Position numbers and translations under genes: made by a program. The notes under the pieces were generated by a model. It worked only from the letters and a program-made list of their open reading frames with translations, searched no databases and was not told where the DNA came from. Below are positions 27,763 through 38,243 of a stretch of DNA of 64,000 bases, one piece after another. Source of the stretch: Candidatus Aenigmatarchaeota archaeon (GTDB taxonomy: Archaea > Aenigmatarchaeota > Aenigmatarchaeia > QMZP01 > QMZT01). Location: positions 731-64,730 of the forward strand of contig QMZT01000002.1 in NCBI GenBank assembly GCA_003663325.1. The letters are read 5' to 3'. Every line of letters begins with the position of its first letter. Positions within the stretch are counted from its first letter, which is position 1.

Positions 27763-28434
27763 ATGGGTCAAAAGCTTCTACCGACCAAAGAGCTTGTGAT
27801 AATTGTTGATATAAGGGAAAGGTATAGCAATGTTATTAGATACCTCTCAGAATGTAACGCTAACGTAGTGTTCAAAAGGCTCGATATAGCTGATTATATA
27901 TGTTCTGAAAGGGTTGGGATAGAAAGGAAGACTGTAACAGATTTCATCCAATCCATAATGGATAAAAGGATATTTAATCAAATGGAAGATATGGGCAAGG
28001 CATTTGATGCTCCCCTCTTAATTATAGAGGGCATGCAAGACTCGATATTTTTGCAAAGAAGTGTTCATCCAAATGCAATAAGAGGCGCTATAGCTGCAAT
28101 AACAATAGATTATCATATACCCATAATATGGACAAGGGGTGCAAGGGAAACGGCCATGCAGATATTTTGGATAGCAAAAAGAGAGGCTGAGGGGAAAAGA
28201 AAAGAATTGCAGATAAGGATAAAGAAAAAGAGCAAGGGGTTGGGATATGAACAGGAATTTTTAGTATCTGGCTTGCCCGGAATAAACACAAAACTTTCCA
28301 AACGCTTGCTTTCTGCTTTTAGAAATCCAAAAGCTATATTTAATGCAAGCATAGAGGAATTGATGAAAATAGAGGGTATAGGAAAAGAAAAGGCAAAGCG
28401 AATCTGGGACGTGGTGAATAAGAGATATGGCTAG
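27763..28434 (+). CDS. xpf: ERCC4-type (XPF/Mus81-family, short form) structure-specific nuclease with HhH2 domain
   Basis: …VIIVDIRE…GIERKTVTDF… ERK…D nuclease motif; C-terminal tandem helix-hairpin-helix (…GLPGINTKLSKRLL…IEGIGKEKAKRI…). Confidence 0.75.
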   Translation: MGQKLLPTKELVIIVDIRERYSNVIRYLSECNANVVFKRLDIADYICSERVGIERKTVTDFIQSIMDKRIFNQMEDMGKAFDAPLLIIEGMQDSIFLQRSVHPNAIRGAIAAITIDYHIPIIWTRGARETAMQIFWIAKREAEGKRKELQIRIKKKSKGLGYEQEFLVSGLPGINTKLSKRLLSAFRNPKAIFNASIEELMKIEGIGKEKAKRIWDVVNKRYG

Positions 28435-28448
28435 TAATTTTATAATGT

Positions 28449-29594
28449 TTGGTACTAAGTTCAATATGTATGGAATATAGGAGCGCTGGTGTTGATATAG
28501 AGCTCGGGAATAAAGCATCTCGGATTTTATATAACGCAGCAAGAATAACATGGGAGAATAGGAAAGGCAGGCTTGGTGAGGTTGTTGAAATATCTCCTGA
28601 TTTTTCTGGAATAAGGGGCATTAATGTGGGTATGCTGCCAAAAGATACATACATGGGTATGGGTTTTGATGGTGTTGGTACGAAAATCGAAATTGCCGAA
28701 AGGGCGAGGAAGCATGATACCGTTGCATATGATTTGTTTGCAATGGTGTGCGATGATGCATCACGCATAGGAGCCGAGCCAGTTATAATTGGTTCTATTC
28801 TTGATGTTAATACCTTGTGTGATGGCGAAGACTCATATATCGATCTCCTGCAGCAACTGGCAAAGGGTTACATAGATGCTGCAAAAGAAGCAAATGTAGC
28901 TGTGGTTAATGGTGAAGTAGCTGAGGTGGGAGCGAGGGTCAGAGGATATGGGGAGTTTAATTATAACTGGGGTGCAAGCGTTATCTGGTTTGCAAGAAAA
29001 AACAATCTTATAACAGGAAAAGATATTAAAAAGGGTGACAGGCTTGTTGCACTAAGGGAGCATGGCTTCAGATCAAACGGTATATCCCTTGTCAGGAGGA
29101 TAATGGAAACAGCATATGGGAAAGAATGGCATAATGAAGAGTACTATGGTCAATTACTTGGGGATCTTGTATTGATTCCTCCTTCCAGAATTTATACACC
29201 TGCAATAGTGGACATGTGTGGTGGTGCTTTTAATGAACCAAAAGCTGAAGTGCATAGTGTTGCACATATAACAGGTGGTGGTATTCCAGAGAAGCTTGGT
29301 AGGGTGCTGAAAAATAGCGAATTTGGAGCATATATTGAAGATCCCTTTGAGCCTTTCGAGCTTATGCTTCTCTGCCAGGAAAAAGGCAATGTTAGTGATA
29401 GAGAAGCATACATGACATGGAATATGGGTCAAGGGATGATTATAATAACCCGTGAACCAGAAAAAGTTATAAAAATTGCCTCAAACTACGGGATTGAAGC
29501 TAAGGTTATAGGAGAGGTTATCGAAGGAGATAAGATAATCATAAAGAGCAAAGGTCTTCATCGCAAGGGAAAGGAGCTGATTTATAAAAAATGA
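28449..29594 (+). CDS. purM: phosphoribosylformylglycinamidine cyclo-ligase (AIR synthase, PurM-like)
   Basis: …YRSAGVDIELGNKA…, …GFDGVGTKIEIA…, …GAEP…, …AHITGGGIPEKL… PurM-family motifs. Confidence 0.7.
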   Translation: MVLSSICMEYRSAGVDIELGNKASRILYNAARITWENRKGRLGEVVEISPDFSGIRGINVGMLPKDTYMGMGFDGVGTKIEIAERARKHDTVAYDLFAMVCDDASRIGAEPVIIGSILDVNTLCDGEDSYIDLLQQLAKGYIDAAKEANVAVVNGEVAEVGARVRGYGEFNYNWGASVIWFARKNNLITGKDIKKGDRLVALREHGFRSNGISLVRRIMETAYGKEWHNEEYYGQLLGDLVLIPPSRIYTPAIVDMCGGAFNEPKAEVHSVAHITGGGIPEKLGRVLKNSEFGAYIEDPFEPFELMLLCQEKGNVSDREAYMTWNMGQGMIIITREPEKVIKIASNYGIEAKVIGEVIEGDKIIIKSKGLHRKGKELIYKK

Positions 29595-29595
29595 T

Positions 29596-31191
29596 TCATT
29601 TTTTACTTGCAGCCCTAACAAAACCTAAGAAGATGGGATTTGGTTTCATGAGGCGGGATGTGAATTCTGGATGGAATTGCGTTGCTATGAAGAATTTATG
29701 TTTAGCTAACTCAAGAATTTGCATAATCTCTCCGCTTTTATCATGACCAGAAAAAATAAGGCCGCCCTGCTCTATAATCTCTTTATACTCAGGATTAAAC
29801 TCATATCTATGACGAAAGCGTTCTCTTATCTTTACCTTCCCATATAATTTATACGCCATACTACCTTTCTTTATTATCACATCCTGCCCGCCCAGTCTCA
29901 TTGTTCCACCTTTTTTATACACCTTTCTTTGTTCCGGTAGCAGATCTATTATTGGGTACTTTGTTTCCGGATCAATCTCTGTTGAGTTTGCATTCCTTAG
30001 CTTGCATATATTTCTTGCAAACTCTATGCATGCAAGCTGAAACCCGAAACATAGCCCAAGGAATGGCACATTATTTTCTCTGGCATACCTTATACATTCT
30101 ATCTTTCCCTCAGCCCCTCTACTACCAAAACCACCAGGTACCAGCACACCGTTAACATCACTTAGCACCCTCTCTGCCCTTATCTTTCCATTCTCAATAT
30201 CTGTTGTTTCTATCCATTTTATTTCTGGCTTTAATGATAGGTGCATGCATGCATGTGTTATTGCATGCAATATGGATACATATGAATCGTGCAACTCTGT
30301 ATATTTCCCTGTTATAGCTATTTTTACCCTCTTCTTGCTTCTTTCAAACCTTTCTACCAATTTCTTATATTCCCCCATTTCATTCCTTGTTGGCTTTAAA
30401 TCAAGATACTTAAGAATCTTCTCTGCAACCCTCTGCTTATTCAATATGATAGGCACTTTGTATATGTTTGTTATATCCGGCCCAGAGAATATGTGATCCT
30501 CTTTAACACCGCAAAATAAGGATATCTTTTTCTTAGCCTTTTCCTTTAGGTATTTCTCGCTTCTACAAAATATGAAGTCTGGCTGTATGCCTATCTCTCT
30601 TAGCCTTTGAACAGATTGTTGTGTAGGCTTTGTTTTTTGCTCACCCACACTTTTTATCACAGGTACGAGTGTGCAATGTATAAAGGCTACTTTGTATTTC
30701 AAAGCTAGTTGTCTCGTTGCCTCCAAAAATATCAGATTTTCGATATCGCCAACAGTTCCACCTATTTCAATAAGCTCTATATCAGCCCTATAAAGTTTAG
30801 CAACCCTTTCCAGCCATTTTTGTATCTCATTGGTTATATGTGGAATTATCTGAACGGTCTTGCCGAGATAATCCCCTTTTCTTTCTTTTTCTATTACAAG
30901 CTTGTATATCTTTCCCGTGGTTAGATTGTTCTCACTCCTCAGATTCATGTCAAGAAACCTTTCATAGGTGCCAAGATCCATGTCAACCTCGCTTCCATCA
31001 TCCAAAACAAAAACCTCGCCATGCTCTATAGGATTCATCGTACCTGCGTCAACATTAACATATGGGTCTATCTTGATCGGCACTACCTTATATCCTCTCA
31101 TCTGTAAAAGCTTTGCGAGTGATGCCGTAAATATACCCTTACCAAGACCAGAAATTACACCCCCACTTACAACAATAAATCTTGTAGGCAT
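29596..31191 (-). CDS. pyrG: CTP synthase
   Basis: MPTRFIVVSGGVISGLGKGIFTASL… plus C-terminal glutamine amidotransferase domain (…GLCFGFQL…HPEF…). Confidence 0.9.
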   Translation of the reverse strand: MPTRFIVVSGGVISGLGKGIFTASLAKLLQMRGYKVVPIKIDPYVNVDAGTMNPIEHGEVFVLDDGSEVDMDLGTYERFLDMNLRSENNLTTGKIYKLVIEKERKGDYLGKTVQIIPHITNEIQKWLERVAKLYRADIELIEIGGTVGDIENLIFLEATRQLALKYKVAFIHCTLVPVIKSVGEQKTKPTQQSVQRLREIGIQPDFIFCRSEKYLKEKAKKKISLFCGVKEDHIFSGPDITNIYKVPIILNKQRVAEKILKYLDLKPTRNEMGEYKKLVERFERSKKRVKIAITGKYTELHDSYVSILHAITHACMHLSLKPEIKWIETTDIENGKIRAERVLSDVNGVLVPGGFGSRGAEGKIECIRYARENNVPFLGLCFGFQLACIEFARNICKLRNANSTEIDPETKYPIIDLLPEQRKVYKKGGTMRLGGQDVIIKKGSMAYKLYGKVKIRERFRHRYEFNPEYKEIIEQGGLIFSGHDKSGEIMQILELAKHKFFIATQFHPEFTSRLMKPNPIFLGFVRAASKK

Positions 31192-31255
31192 AATATATTA
31201 TGTTTCCAAACTACTTAAGTTTTACCAAAATCTAATTTAAAATTTTTGAATAAAA

Positions 31256-31648
31256 ATGAATATGAAGAAGTATCTTTATCTAAGCCTTTCCATTATAGAA
31301 ACTGCTCTGCTTATTTACCTTTCTGTCCAACCATACAAAACCGCTGTAATGAAACCGTTGCTGCCTATGATGAGAAGCGGCGATATAGAACATTTTTTAG
31401 CATATTCCATCTATGCAATGCTGCTCATAAATACATCAAGAGCATTTAATAAGTCAGAAAGATATTTTCTTTTCTTCGGTTTAATAATAGCAAGCTTTAC
31501 AGAAGCTGTACAAACAATTGTACCAAATAGGTACGGAGAGCTTATGGATATGCTTATAAATTACTTTGGACTCTTTATAGGAACTATTTTTATGAGGCTA
31601 CCTCTTTTTTCTTCTAAATACGAGGTAAAATTCAGTCAAAGCCTTTAA
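31256..31648 (+). CDS. VanZ-like membrane protein
   Basis: Four TM helices; …ASFTEAVQTIVPNRYGELMDMLINYFG… VanZ-like motif. Confidence 0.5.
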   Translation: MNMKKYLYLSLSIIETALLIYLSVQPYKTAVMKPLLPMMRSGDIEHFLAYSIYAMLLINTSRAFNKSERYFLFFGLIIASFTEAVQTIVPNRYGELMDMLINYFGLFIGTIFMRLPLFSSKYEVKFSQSL

Positions 31649-32362
31649 TGTAAATGTTTTTACTACCGCCGCTCCAAACGAATAAATAACTAATGCCAAA
31701 TGTGTTGAAAAAACGGCATACACTAACAAAGCTGGAGATGTGAAATACTCTATCCTAATACCATATAAAAATAATATACATACCGCAAGCAATACAAGAA
31801 CAACAATAAATGGTATATAGGCAAGCAATATTAGTATGTAACTAAGTGGTACCCATAAGGGATGCCTTCTAAATATACGTACAGACTCTGATATGCCTTC
31901 GTAAAAACCATTATTTGAAATTATTATAGATTGCAATGTGAAAATAAAGGCAAGGAAGAGTATGAACTCTATAATAAATCCCACAAGCGGTATCATTGAA
32001 AAAAGTGTTGTAATTAGCCATATAACAAATATTGCCGCTATCATAGATTTGTATTTTTCCATTGCTCGTTTCCAGCTCTCCTTGTAATATTTCCATTTAC
32101 TCTTCCATGACTGATATATTACAGCACCGTCTATTAATGTAATGATCATGAATTGCATAATAGCCAATATAAATACAGCTGGCATAAAATCCCATAAGTA
32201 GAGCTCCCCTGGATTTAGTATAATTGATAGAATCTCATCTTTAAATATCATGAAGCCAACCAAAGATAACACTAAATATACAATAAAATATGGAAACCAC
32301 CTCTTGTAATGTAAGGAAAACTTGGCACTTTTAGATAATATAGCCAATACAGGAATATTCAT
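31598..32362 (-). CDS. hypothetical polytopic membrane protein
   Basis: Six or more TM helices; no motif. Confidence 0.4.
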   Translation of the reverse strand: MNIPVLAILSKSAKFSLHYKRWFPYFIVYLVLSLVGFMIFKDEILSIILNPGELYLWDFMPAVFILAIMQFMIITLIDGAVIYQSWKSKWKYYKESWKRAMEKYKSMIAAIFVIWLITTLFSMIPLVGFIIEFILFLAFIFTLQSIIISNNGFYEGISESVRIFRRHPLWVPLSYILILLAYIPFIVVLVLLAVCILFLYGIRIEYFTSPALLVYAVFSTHLALVIYSFGAAVVKTFTLKALTEFYLVFRRKKR

Positions 32363-32418
32363 AATTATTATTTAAATTTCTTTAGCTTTATAAAGTATTA
32401 TGGATTTTTGGTGATACT

Positions 32419-32916
32419 ATGAAGGCTCCTATATGTGATGTTTGCCTTACATCAGACATACTTTGCAAAGCTGATAAAGAGAAGATGGAAAAGGGTATAA
32501 TTAGTGAGAGTGATGTAAGGGTGTCGAGAAGTATTTATGAGCTCTCTAAACATGTAAGGCCACTAAAGGATATAACTATAAAGAAGGTGATAGAAACAAA
32601 CAATTTGGTGGTTATAGTTTGTAAAGAAGGTGATGCATCAAAGATAATAGGCAAAAGTGGGGTTATAGTTAAAAAGCTTTCAAAGCACCTAGGTAAAACC
32701 GTAAGGGTTATAGAAGAGGCAAAGGATATGAGGGATTTTGTTCAAAAACTATTATTTCCAACATACGTGCTCGGCATAAATATACTTTATACCCCAGAAA
32801 AGGAGATATATAAGATAAAAATACCGAAAAAAAGGGCAAATATAAATACCAAATCACTGGAGGAGATAATTAAGAAGGCATTTGGTGTTGAGGCAAAAAT
32901 AGTTCCTTGTTCTTGA
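32419..32916 (+). CDS. KH-domain RNA-binding protein with N-terminal Cys cluster (NusA/Dim2-like)
   Basis: …CDVCLTSDILC…; GxxG-like KH loops (…IIGKSGVIVKKL…); precedes ABCE1. Confidence 0.45.
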   Translation: MKAPICDVCLTSDILCKADKEKMEKGIISESDVRVSRSIYELSKHVRPLKDITIKKVIETNNLVVIVCKEGDASKIIGKSGVIVKKLSKHLGKTVRVIEEAKDMRDFVQKLLFPTYVLGINILYTPEKEIYKIKIPKKRANINTKSLEEIIKKAFGVEAKIVPCS

Positions 32917-32921
32917 TTTAG

Positions 32922-34709
32922 GTGTTTAACATGAAAAAAAGAATAGTAGTTCTGGATAGAGATGCTTGTCAGTTTAACAAATGTAACTATGCATGTATGA
33001 AAGCATGCCCGATAAATAGAGCAGGAAAGGAATGTGTGCGTATTGGTGAAGATCGCTATCCGATTTTCAATGAAGAACTATGTATAGGTTGTGGTCTTTG
33101 TGTGAAGGCTTGTGAGAAAGCAAACTTCAACGCCATAACACTTGTTAATATACCAGAAGCGCTGAATGAAGACCCGGTGCATAGATACGGTACAAATGGG
33201 TTTTCTTTATACAGGCTCCCAATTCCGCAAAAAAATAAAGTAATAGGCATAATAGGGGCTAATGGTATAGGTAAGAGCACGATACTAAAGATACTCTCAG
33301 GTATTATAATGCCAAATCTTGGAAAAGAACGGGCTGAATGGAAAGAGATACTAAGAAGATTTAGAGGTAGTGAACTTCAATCGTATCTTGAAAAGCTTTC
33401 AAAGAAAGGGGTGAGAGTTGCGTATAAACCGCAAAATATAGACCTTATACCAAATGTATGGAAGAGGAAACGGGTTAGAGATTTGCTCAACAAGATTGGA
33501 GGTGATTATGAATATTTTATCAATACCTTTGGTATAAATGCTGTATTAAATAAAAATATATCTGAGCTTTCTGGTGGTGAGCTCCAGCTGGTTGCAATAG
33601 TAGCAACATTAATAAAGGATGCAGAACTTTATTTCTTTGATGAGCCGTCCAGCTATTTAGATGTTAAAAGCAGGTTGCTTGTTGCTAAGGAGATACGAAA
33701 ACTTAGCAAGAGGAGTATGGTTATGGTTGTTGAGCACGACCTTGCCATTCTTGATTATCTGAGTGATGGCATACATATTATATATGGAAAGCCCGGAGCA
33801 TTCGGAATAGTATCACATCCCTATGGCGTTGGTACAGGCATAAATACATACTTGCATGGCTATATTAAGGATGAGAATGTTAGAATCAGGGAAAAGCCAA
33901 TAGTATTTTCTGATGTTGCGAAAAGCGCTGGCAGCTTTAAAAAATATTTTGAGTTCCCACAGTTAGAGAAGCATTTTGAGAATTTTTCTTTGATTGCAGA
34001 GGGAGGGAGCATAAATAGAGGTGAAATAATAGGCATACTTGGACCTAATGGGACGGGTAAAACAACGTTTATAAAGATGCTTGCAGGAATAATAAAGCCG
34101 GATAAAGGGGTCATTAAGAGCGAGCTAAAAATTTCATTCAAGCCCCAACGTCTTGTTCTTAATGCCAAAGATGCCAGTAAAAGCGTTAAGGAATATCTTT
34201 ATGAAAAACTTAAAGACAGGGCATATGATACAGAGTTTAAAAGAATACTAAGAGCGCTTTCAATCGAAAGGAATTTAGAGAAAGATGTATCGTTCCTATC
34301 TGGCGGTGAATTGCAAAGTCTATTCATAGCAGAGAGTATTGGCAAGGAGCACGATATACTATTCTTGGATGAACCTTCAGCATTTCTAGATGTCGATCAA
34401 AGATTGTATATGGCAAAGATTGTGAGGGATCATATAAAGAGAAATGGTAAGGCATGTTTTATCGTTGATCATGATTTACAGGTAATAGATGCGATGTCTG
34501 ATAGAATAATACTCTTTGAAGGTGTTCCAGGTGTCAGAGGCCATGCTCATGCCAAGCTCACGCTTCAAGAAGGTATGAACCTATTTCTTAAAGGGCTTGG
34601 TATTACATTTAGAAGAGATAAAATAACGAAAAGGCCGAGAGCAAATAAAGAAGGAAGCATCAAAGATCGAGAGCAAAAGAAATCAGGAAACTATTACTAT
34701 ACAAAATAA
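32922..34709 (+). CDS. abcE1: ABCE1 / RNase L inhibitor ribosome-recycling ATPase
   Basis: N-terminal 2x[4Fe-4S] Cys clusters (…CNYACMKACP…CIGCGLCVKAC…) followed by two ABC ATPase domains (GANGIGKST / GPNGTGKTT). Confidence 0.9.
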   Translation: MFNMKKRIVVLDRDACQFNKCNYACMKACPINRAGKECVRIGEDRYPIFNEELCIGCGLCVKACEKANFNAITLVNIPEALNEDPVHRYGTNGFSLYRLPIPQKNKVIGIIGANGIGKSTILKILSGIIMPNLGKERAEWKEILRRFRGSELQSYLEKLSKKGVRVAYKPQNIDLIPNVWKRKRVRDLLNKIGGDYEYFINTFGINAVLNKNISELSGGELQLVAIVATLIKDAELYFFDEPSSYLDVKSRLLVAKEIRKLSKRSMVMVVEHDLAILDYLSDGIHIIYGKPGAFGIVSHPYGVGTGINTYLHGYIKDENVRIREKPIVFSDVAKSAGSFKKYFEFPQLEKHFENFSLIAEGGSINRGEIIGILGPNGTGKTTFIKMLAGIIKPDKGVIKSELKISFKPQRLVLNAKDASKSVKEYLYEKLKDRAYDTEFKRILRALSIERNLEKDVSFLSGGELQSLFIAESIGKEHDILFLDEPSAFLDVDQRLYMAKIVRDHIKRNGKACFIVDHDLQVIDAMSDRIILFEGVPGVRGHAHAKLTLQEGMNLFLKGLGITFRRDKITKRPRANKEGSIKDREQKKSGNYYYTK

Positions 34710-34731
34710 AAGAAAAAAGAAATGGAAAGGT

Positions 34732-37101
34732 TTACAAGCTGTTTACTTGTCCTTTCCACTCATCACCGCTTAGCGCTGCAAAGGTGTCAGGCTTCATTAT
34801 CTTTTGTGCAAGTGTTCTTGTGTCATCACCGCTGTAACCTGCTACTATCAATGCCTTGTGTGTACTTCCTAGTACATTCTCTACAACCTTTAGCAAACCT
34901 GCACCTGCCTGACCAAGTGTTGCATCACTTCTCCAATACTCACAGGAATCCGTTGTGTTCCATGCCTCATTAAGTATACTCTTTACCAGAGTATTTGCGC
35001 ATGGACCACCAACCAATATAAGGTCCTGTGTTGGTGTGCTTGGAATCTCACTTGCAAACTTAGCTACAGGGTTGTAAATTGGTACTGCCTCTTTATATGT
35101 TCCACCAGTTGTAGCACCTGTAGTTGAGAATACCGGATCTGCACCAACTGCAAGGTTGACATATGCTGGTCTTGTACCTGGATAATACACTGTTATGGAA
35201 TCCGAGTCCGTGTCATGCTCTACATATGTACCGTATGTTGTTACCCCTGCATATTTATTTTGTGTCCCTATCTGGCTTGTTGTTACACCGCTCAATGAGA
35301 AGCTTACATCGTTACTTGCATAGCTTGCCAGCATGTTTATTGTTGTACCTGTTGGATCGTTACCTACTGTGTACAATGGGTTTTCAGTTACATTAATAGC
35401 AGCCATTGTTGCTGCACCGATTATCGCTTCTCCTTGTGTGTACATGTTAACTGTTGTCCTGTTTATTGCCCCATCTCCGTTTAGGTCAACGAGTATTGAC
35501 TGATCAGCCGATTGATACTTCACTTTGAACGCCAGCGCACCAATTCTTAGGTATGAATCGGTCTTATAATATACATCATAGTTTGTTCCTGTTGCTATAT
35601 CCTGAAGGGTTACATGCTCCTTTCCGCTTGTTGTTGTAAGGCCTGCATACTTAAGCACATAGGTTTTCTTTTCATCGCTAACGACAAAGTAATCTCCTCT
35701 TGTTATGTTGTATGCACCACTTGTTTCATTACCTTCCTGTATCCATACCTCATGAGTACCATCGTATGTTCTCTCCCATGCACCTGCTGATGAGTCATAG
35801 TAGAACATATCAAATGCATACTCCGTTCCATCCTTGTTTGTAAATGTAAGCTTTACCTTATTTGTACCATCCTTTGCAACCTTTATTACATCCCTGCTTG
35901 AATCTGTCATTCCCGGTGTCATTCCATTGAGCTTGAATTTGAACGCACCAAACACTGGGTCAACGTATTCACCGCCATCTGCTAGGTACGTATCTGTATC
36001 TGGTGCTATCTTTACAACAAGCGATGTTATCTTTGTACTAGTAGAGTTTGTTATGTATACCATTGTATTTGTTAACTGCTCATCATTCTTCTCAACCGCT
36101 TCTCCATTCTTAAATACAAGCTTATCCGTTCCAATGAATAGCTGGGCACTACCTGTCTGGCCAGCACCACCGCTTGCTGACGGCGTATTTATAACTGTAA
36201 CGTCATTTACGTATACCTTTGTTGATGTGCCTGGGAATGTGTATGTTTTTTCTTCTTGCCATGCAGATGGTGTTGTTGCTTGTCCATCTATCTTCAATAT
36301 TGCTCCATATGGTGTTGTTGATGTATCCCATCCTATCATCTCTATTGTGTGCTCAACACCATCTATTGTTACCGTCACAGGATCACCACCCGCTGTAACG
36401 GTTACTGTCTGGGTACCTGTTGCCGAATAAAGCTCAATCTCTGGTGCTCCGCCTACCGCAGTTCCTGTATTTGGACCAAATGTGTATTCTTTGCCAAGCA
36501 ATGTTATCTTATAGTTTGAATCGACCGCATTTGTGTCCAAACCACCAAGGAAATAAAACTTCACGTAGTATGGCTTGCTTGAACTGAATGTTGTGTAAAG
36601 CTTTGGTTCTGTAAACTCTGTTGTTGTGCCGAATGTTACTGTTTGGCTGCTAAGATTTAAAGCTTGTTGATATGTGATTGTCTGTGCGTTTTTATCTGTA
36701 AATTGCTGGTTTGCGAACAAATCCAAATCTGTACCTGTTATTGTGTCTTTTACGGCATTCATTGCCGTGCCAAGATATAACTTGTTTAAATCGCTACTTA
36801 TAAGCACCCCATTACTTACGCTTGTTACACCTGCTGTTGAAGGTATAACCTTTTCTTGTACTGCATATTGAGAAGTTAATGCAGTTGCTATATCTATAGC
36901 TCCAAGTACATCCTGTACCAATGCATTATCGCCAACAACTATTGCTGGTTGGGATAGTGTATTACCTGCCACATCTACCTGTACATATGGCTGCAATCCC
37001 TGATTGAGTGTTGTTGTACCAAAAGCGCCAAAAGCTAAGGTTGCTCCAGTTGCCAATGTGGCAAGACTACCAGCAACCAATTTCTTTATCTTCATATTCA
37101 A
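34732..37101 (-). CDS. large secreted surface (S-layer-like) protein
   Basis: Signal peptide MNMKIKKLVAGSLATLATGATLAFGAFG; 789 aa rich in T/G/S/N/V beta-strand sequence; strong SD GGAGGT 7 nt upstream of the ATG. Confidence 0.6.
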   Translation of the reverse strand: MNMKIKKLVAGSLATLATGATLAFGAFGTTTLNQGLQPYVQVDVAGNTLSQPAIVVGDNALVQDVLGAIDIATALTSQYAVQEKVIPSTAGVTSVSNGVLISSDLNKLYLGTAMNAVKDTITGTDLDLFANQQFTDKNAQTITYQQALNLSSQTVTFGTTTEFTEPKLYTTFSSSKPYYVKFYFLGGLDTNAVDSNYKITLLGKEYTFGPNTGTAVGGAPEIELYSATGTQTVTVTAGGDPVTVTIDGVEHTIEMIGWDTSTTPYGAILKIDGQATTPSAWQEEKTYTFPGTSTKVYVNDVTVINTPSASGGAGQTGSAQLFIGTDKLVFKNGEAVEKNDEQLTNTMVYITNSTSTKITSLVVKIAPDTDTYLADGGEYVDPVFGAFKFKLNGMTPGMTDSSRDVIKVAKDGTNKVKLTFTNKDGTEYAFDMFYYDSSAGAWERTYDGTHEVWIQEGNETSGAYNITRGDYFVVSDEKKTYVLKYAGLTTTSGKEHVTLQDIATGTNYDVYYKTDSYLRIGALAFKVKYQSADQSILVDLNGDGAINRTTVNMYTQGEAIIGAATMAAINVTENPLYTVGNDPTGTTINMLASYASNDVSFSLSGVTTSQIGTQNKYAGVTTYGTYVEHDTDSDSITVYYPGTRPAYVNLAVGADPVFSTTGATTGGTYKEAVPIYNPVAKFASEIPSTPTQDLILVGGPCANTLVKSILNEAWNTTDSCEYWRSDATLGQAGAGLLKVVENVLGSTHKALIVAGYSGDDTRTLAQKIMKPDTFAALSGDEWKGQVNSL

Positions 37102-37126
37102 CCTCCTTTTTTATTTTTGTTTTAAT

Positions 37127-37162
37127 TACGCAGAGCTATTTTTATATTCACAGCTCTGCGTA
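37127..37162 (-). promoter_or_regulatory. perfect 11-bp inverted repeat (TACGCAGAGCT…AGCTCTGCGTA) flanking a TATA-like box, about 25-60 nt upstream of the surface-protein start codon
   Basis: Arms at 37127-37137 and 37152-37162; the 14-nt spacer ATTTTTATATTCAC contains TTTATATT. SD and ATG lie just downstream on the minus strand. Confidence 0.5.
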
Positions 37163-37476
37163 TTAATAATTGAATACAAAGTGGTATATAAAGCTTATGT
37201 GAAACTGTTTTGCTCGCCTTATACTCATTTCTTAATTTCCAATATTTTTAGGTGATATAAAAGAATATTTAATATTATTGTTCCACATTAAAAAATTTTT
37301 ATTTTTTTAAAAAATATTTCAAAAATTCTCTAATTTAAGATTTTTGAACCAATCTTACTTAATATAACTAATATAAACTGTTGCTATCGTCATACAAAAA
37401 AACAATTAAGCTTAAATATATTACAAAAACTAAATTATTAAAAGTATTCGGAGGTTAAAAGTAAAGGGTATGGGAT

Positions 37477-37992
37477 ATGATAACTGTGATAGTATTTTTA
37501 TTTTCAATCTTGATGTATCTTTTATTGACCATTGGCTCAGGGGATATTATTTTTTGGAGCTATGAAGAGTTAGCATGCGGAATTTTTATTTCCATTTTAG
37601 CAACATTAATCGCAAAGAAGCTACTTTCCATGATAAGCTTTGAGTTATCCAAATCGAAATCGAGTATGGTAAGCTTAAAAAGAGCTTGCCTGTTTATTGT
37701 TTATCTTCTTGGTCCATTCTTCTTCAATATGGCAAAAGCTAATATTATTCTTGCATACAGGGTTATAACTAATAAAATAGAGCCTGCTATTGTAAAAATA
37801 TCCCCACAACTGAAAACAAATTTTGGCATAGCTATGCTCTCAAATTTTATTACTCTTACCCCCGGTACACTTTCCCTTGCTATTGATGAAGAAAAGAATA
37901 TCTATGTTCACTGGATATATATGAAACATAAGGAACCAAAGCTATATGAAATCTTTTCATCACCAAAATTGATAAGGAAGGTGTTAATATGA
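37477..37992 (+). CDS. mbhA: membrane-bound hydrogenase subunit MbhA (MnhE-like)
   Basis: First gene of a 14-gene overlapping operon. Size and hydrophobicity match Mrp subunit E / P. furiosus MbhA. GGAGGT 22 nt upstream of the ATG. Confidence 0.7.
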   Translation: MITVIVFLFSILMYLLLTIGSGDIIFWSYEELACGIFISILATLIAKKLLSMISFELSKSKSSMVSLKRACLFIVYLLGPFFFNMAKANIILAYRVITNKIEPAIVKISPQLKTNFGIAMLSNFITLTPGTLSLAIDEEKNIYVHWIYMKHKEPKLYEIFSSPKLIRKVLI

Positions 37993-38243
37993 TACTCTAT
38001 TTGATAATATCGATCATCTTAAGTATCTTGGCTCTGTTATGTTGGCTTAAAGTTATTATAAGCCGTACTATAGTGGATAAAATGGTAGCGTTGGACGCTG
38101 CAAACACCATAGTTATTTCATTCTTGATATTGCTCGGTGCTATTTTTAAAGAAATTGTCTATGTTGATGTAGCGATTGTTTATGCAATGCTTAGCTTCGT
38201 ATCTATAATTTATATCTCAAGATATTTGGAGGGTTGTAAATGA
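37989..38243 (+). CDS. mbhB: MbhB (MnhF-like)
   Basis: 84-aa two-TM protein; overlaps neighbours by 4 nt. Confidence 0.65.
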   Translation: MILYLIISIILSILALLCWLKVIISRTIVDKMVALDAANTIVISFLILLGAIFKEIVYVDVAIVYAMLSFVSIIYISRYLEGCK

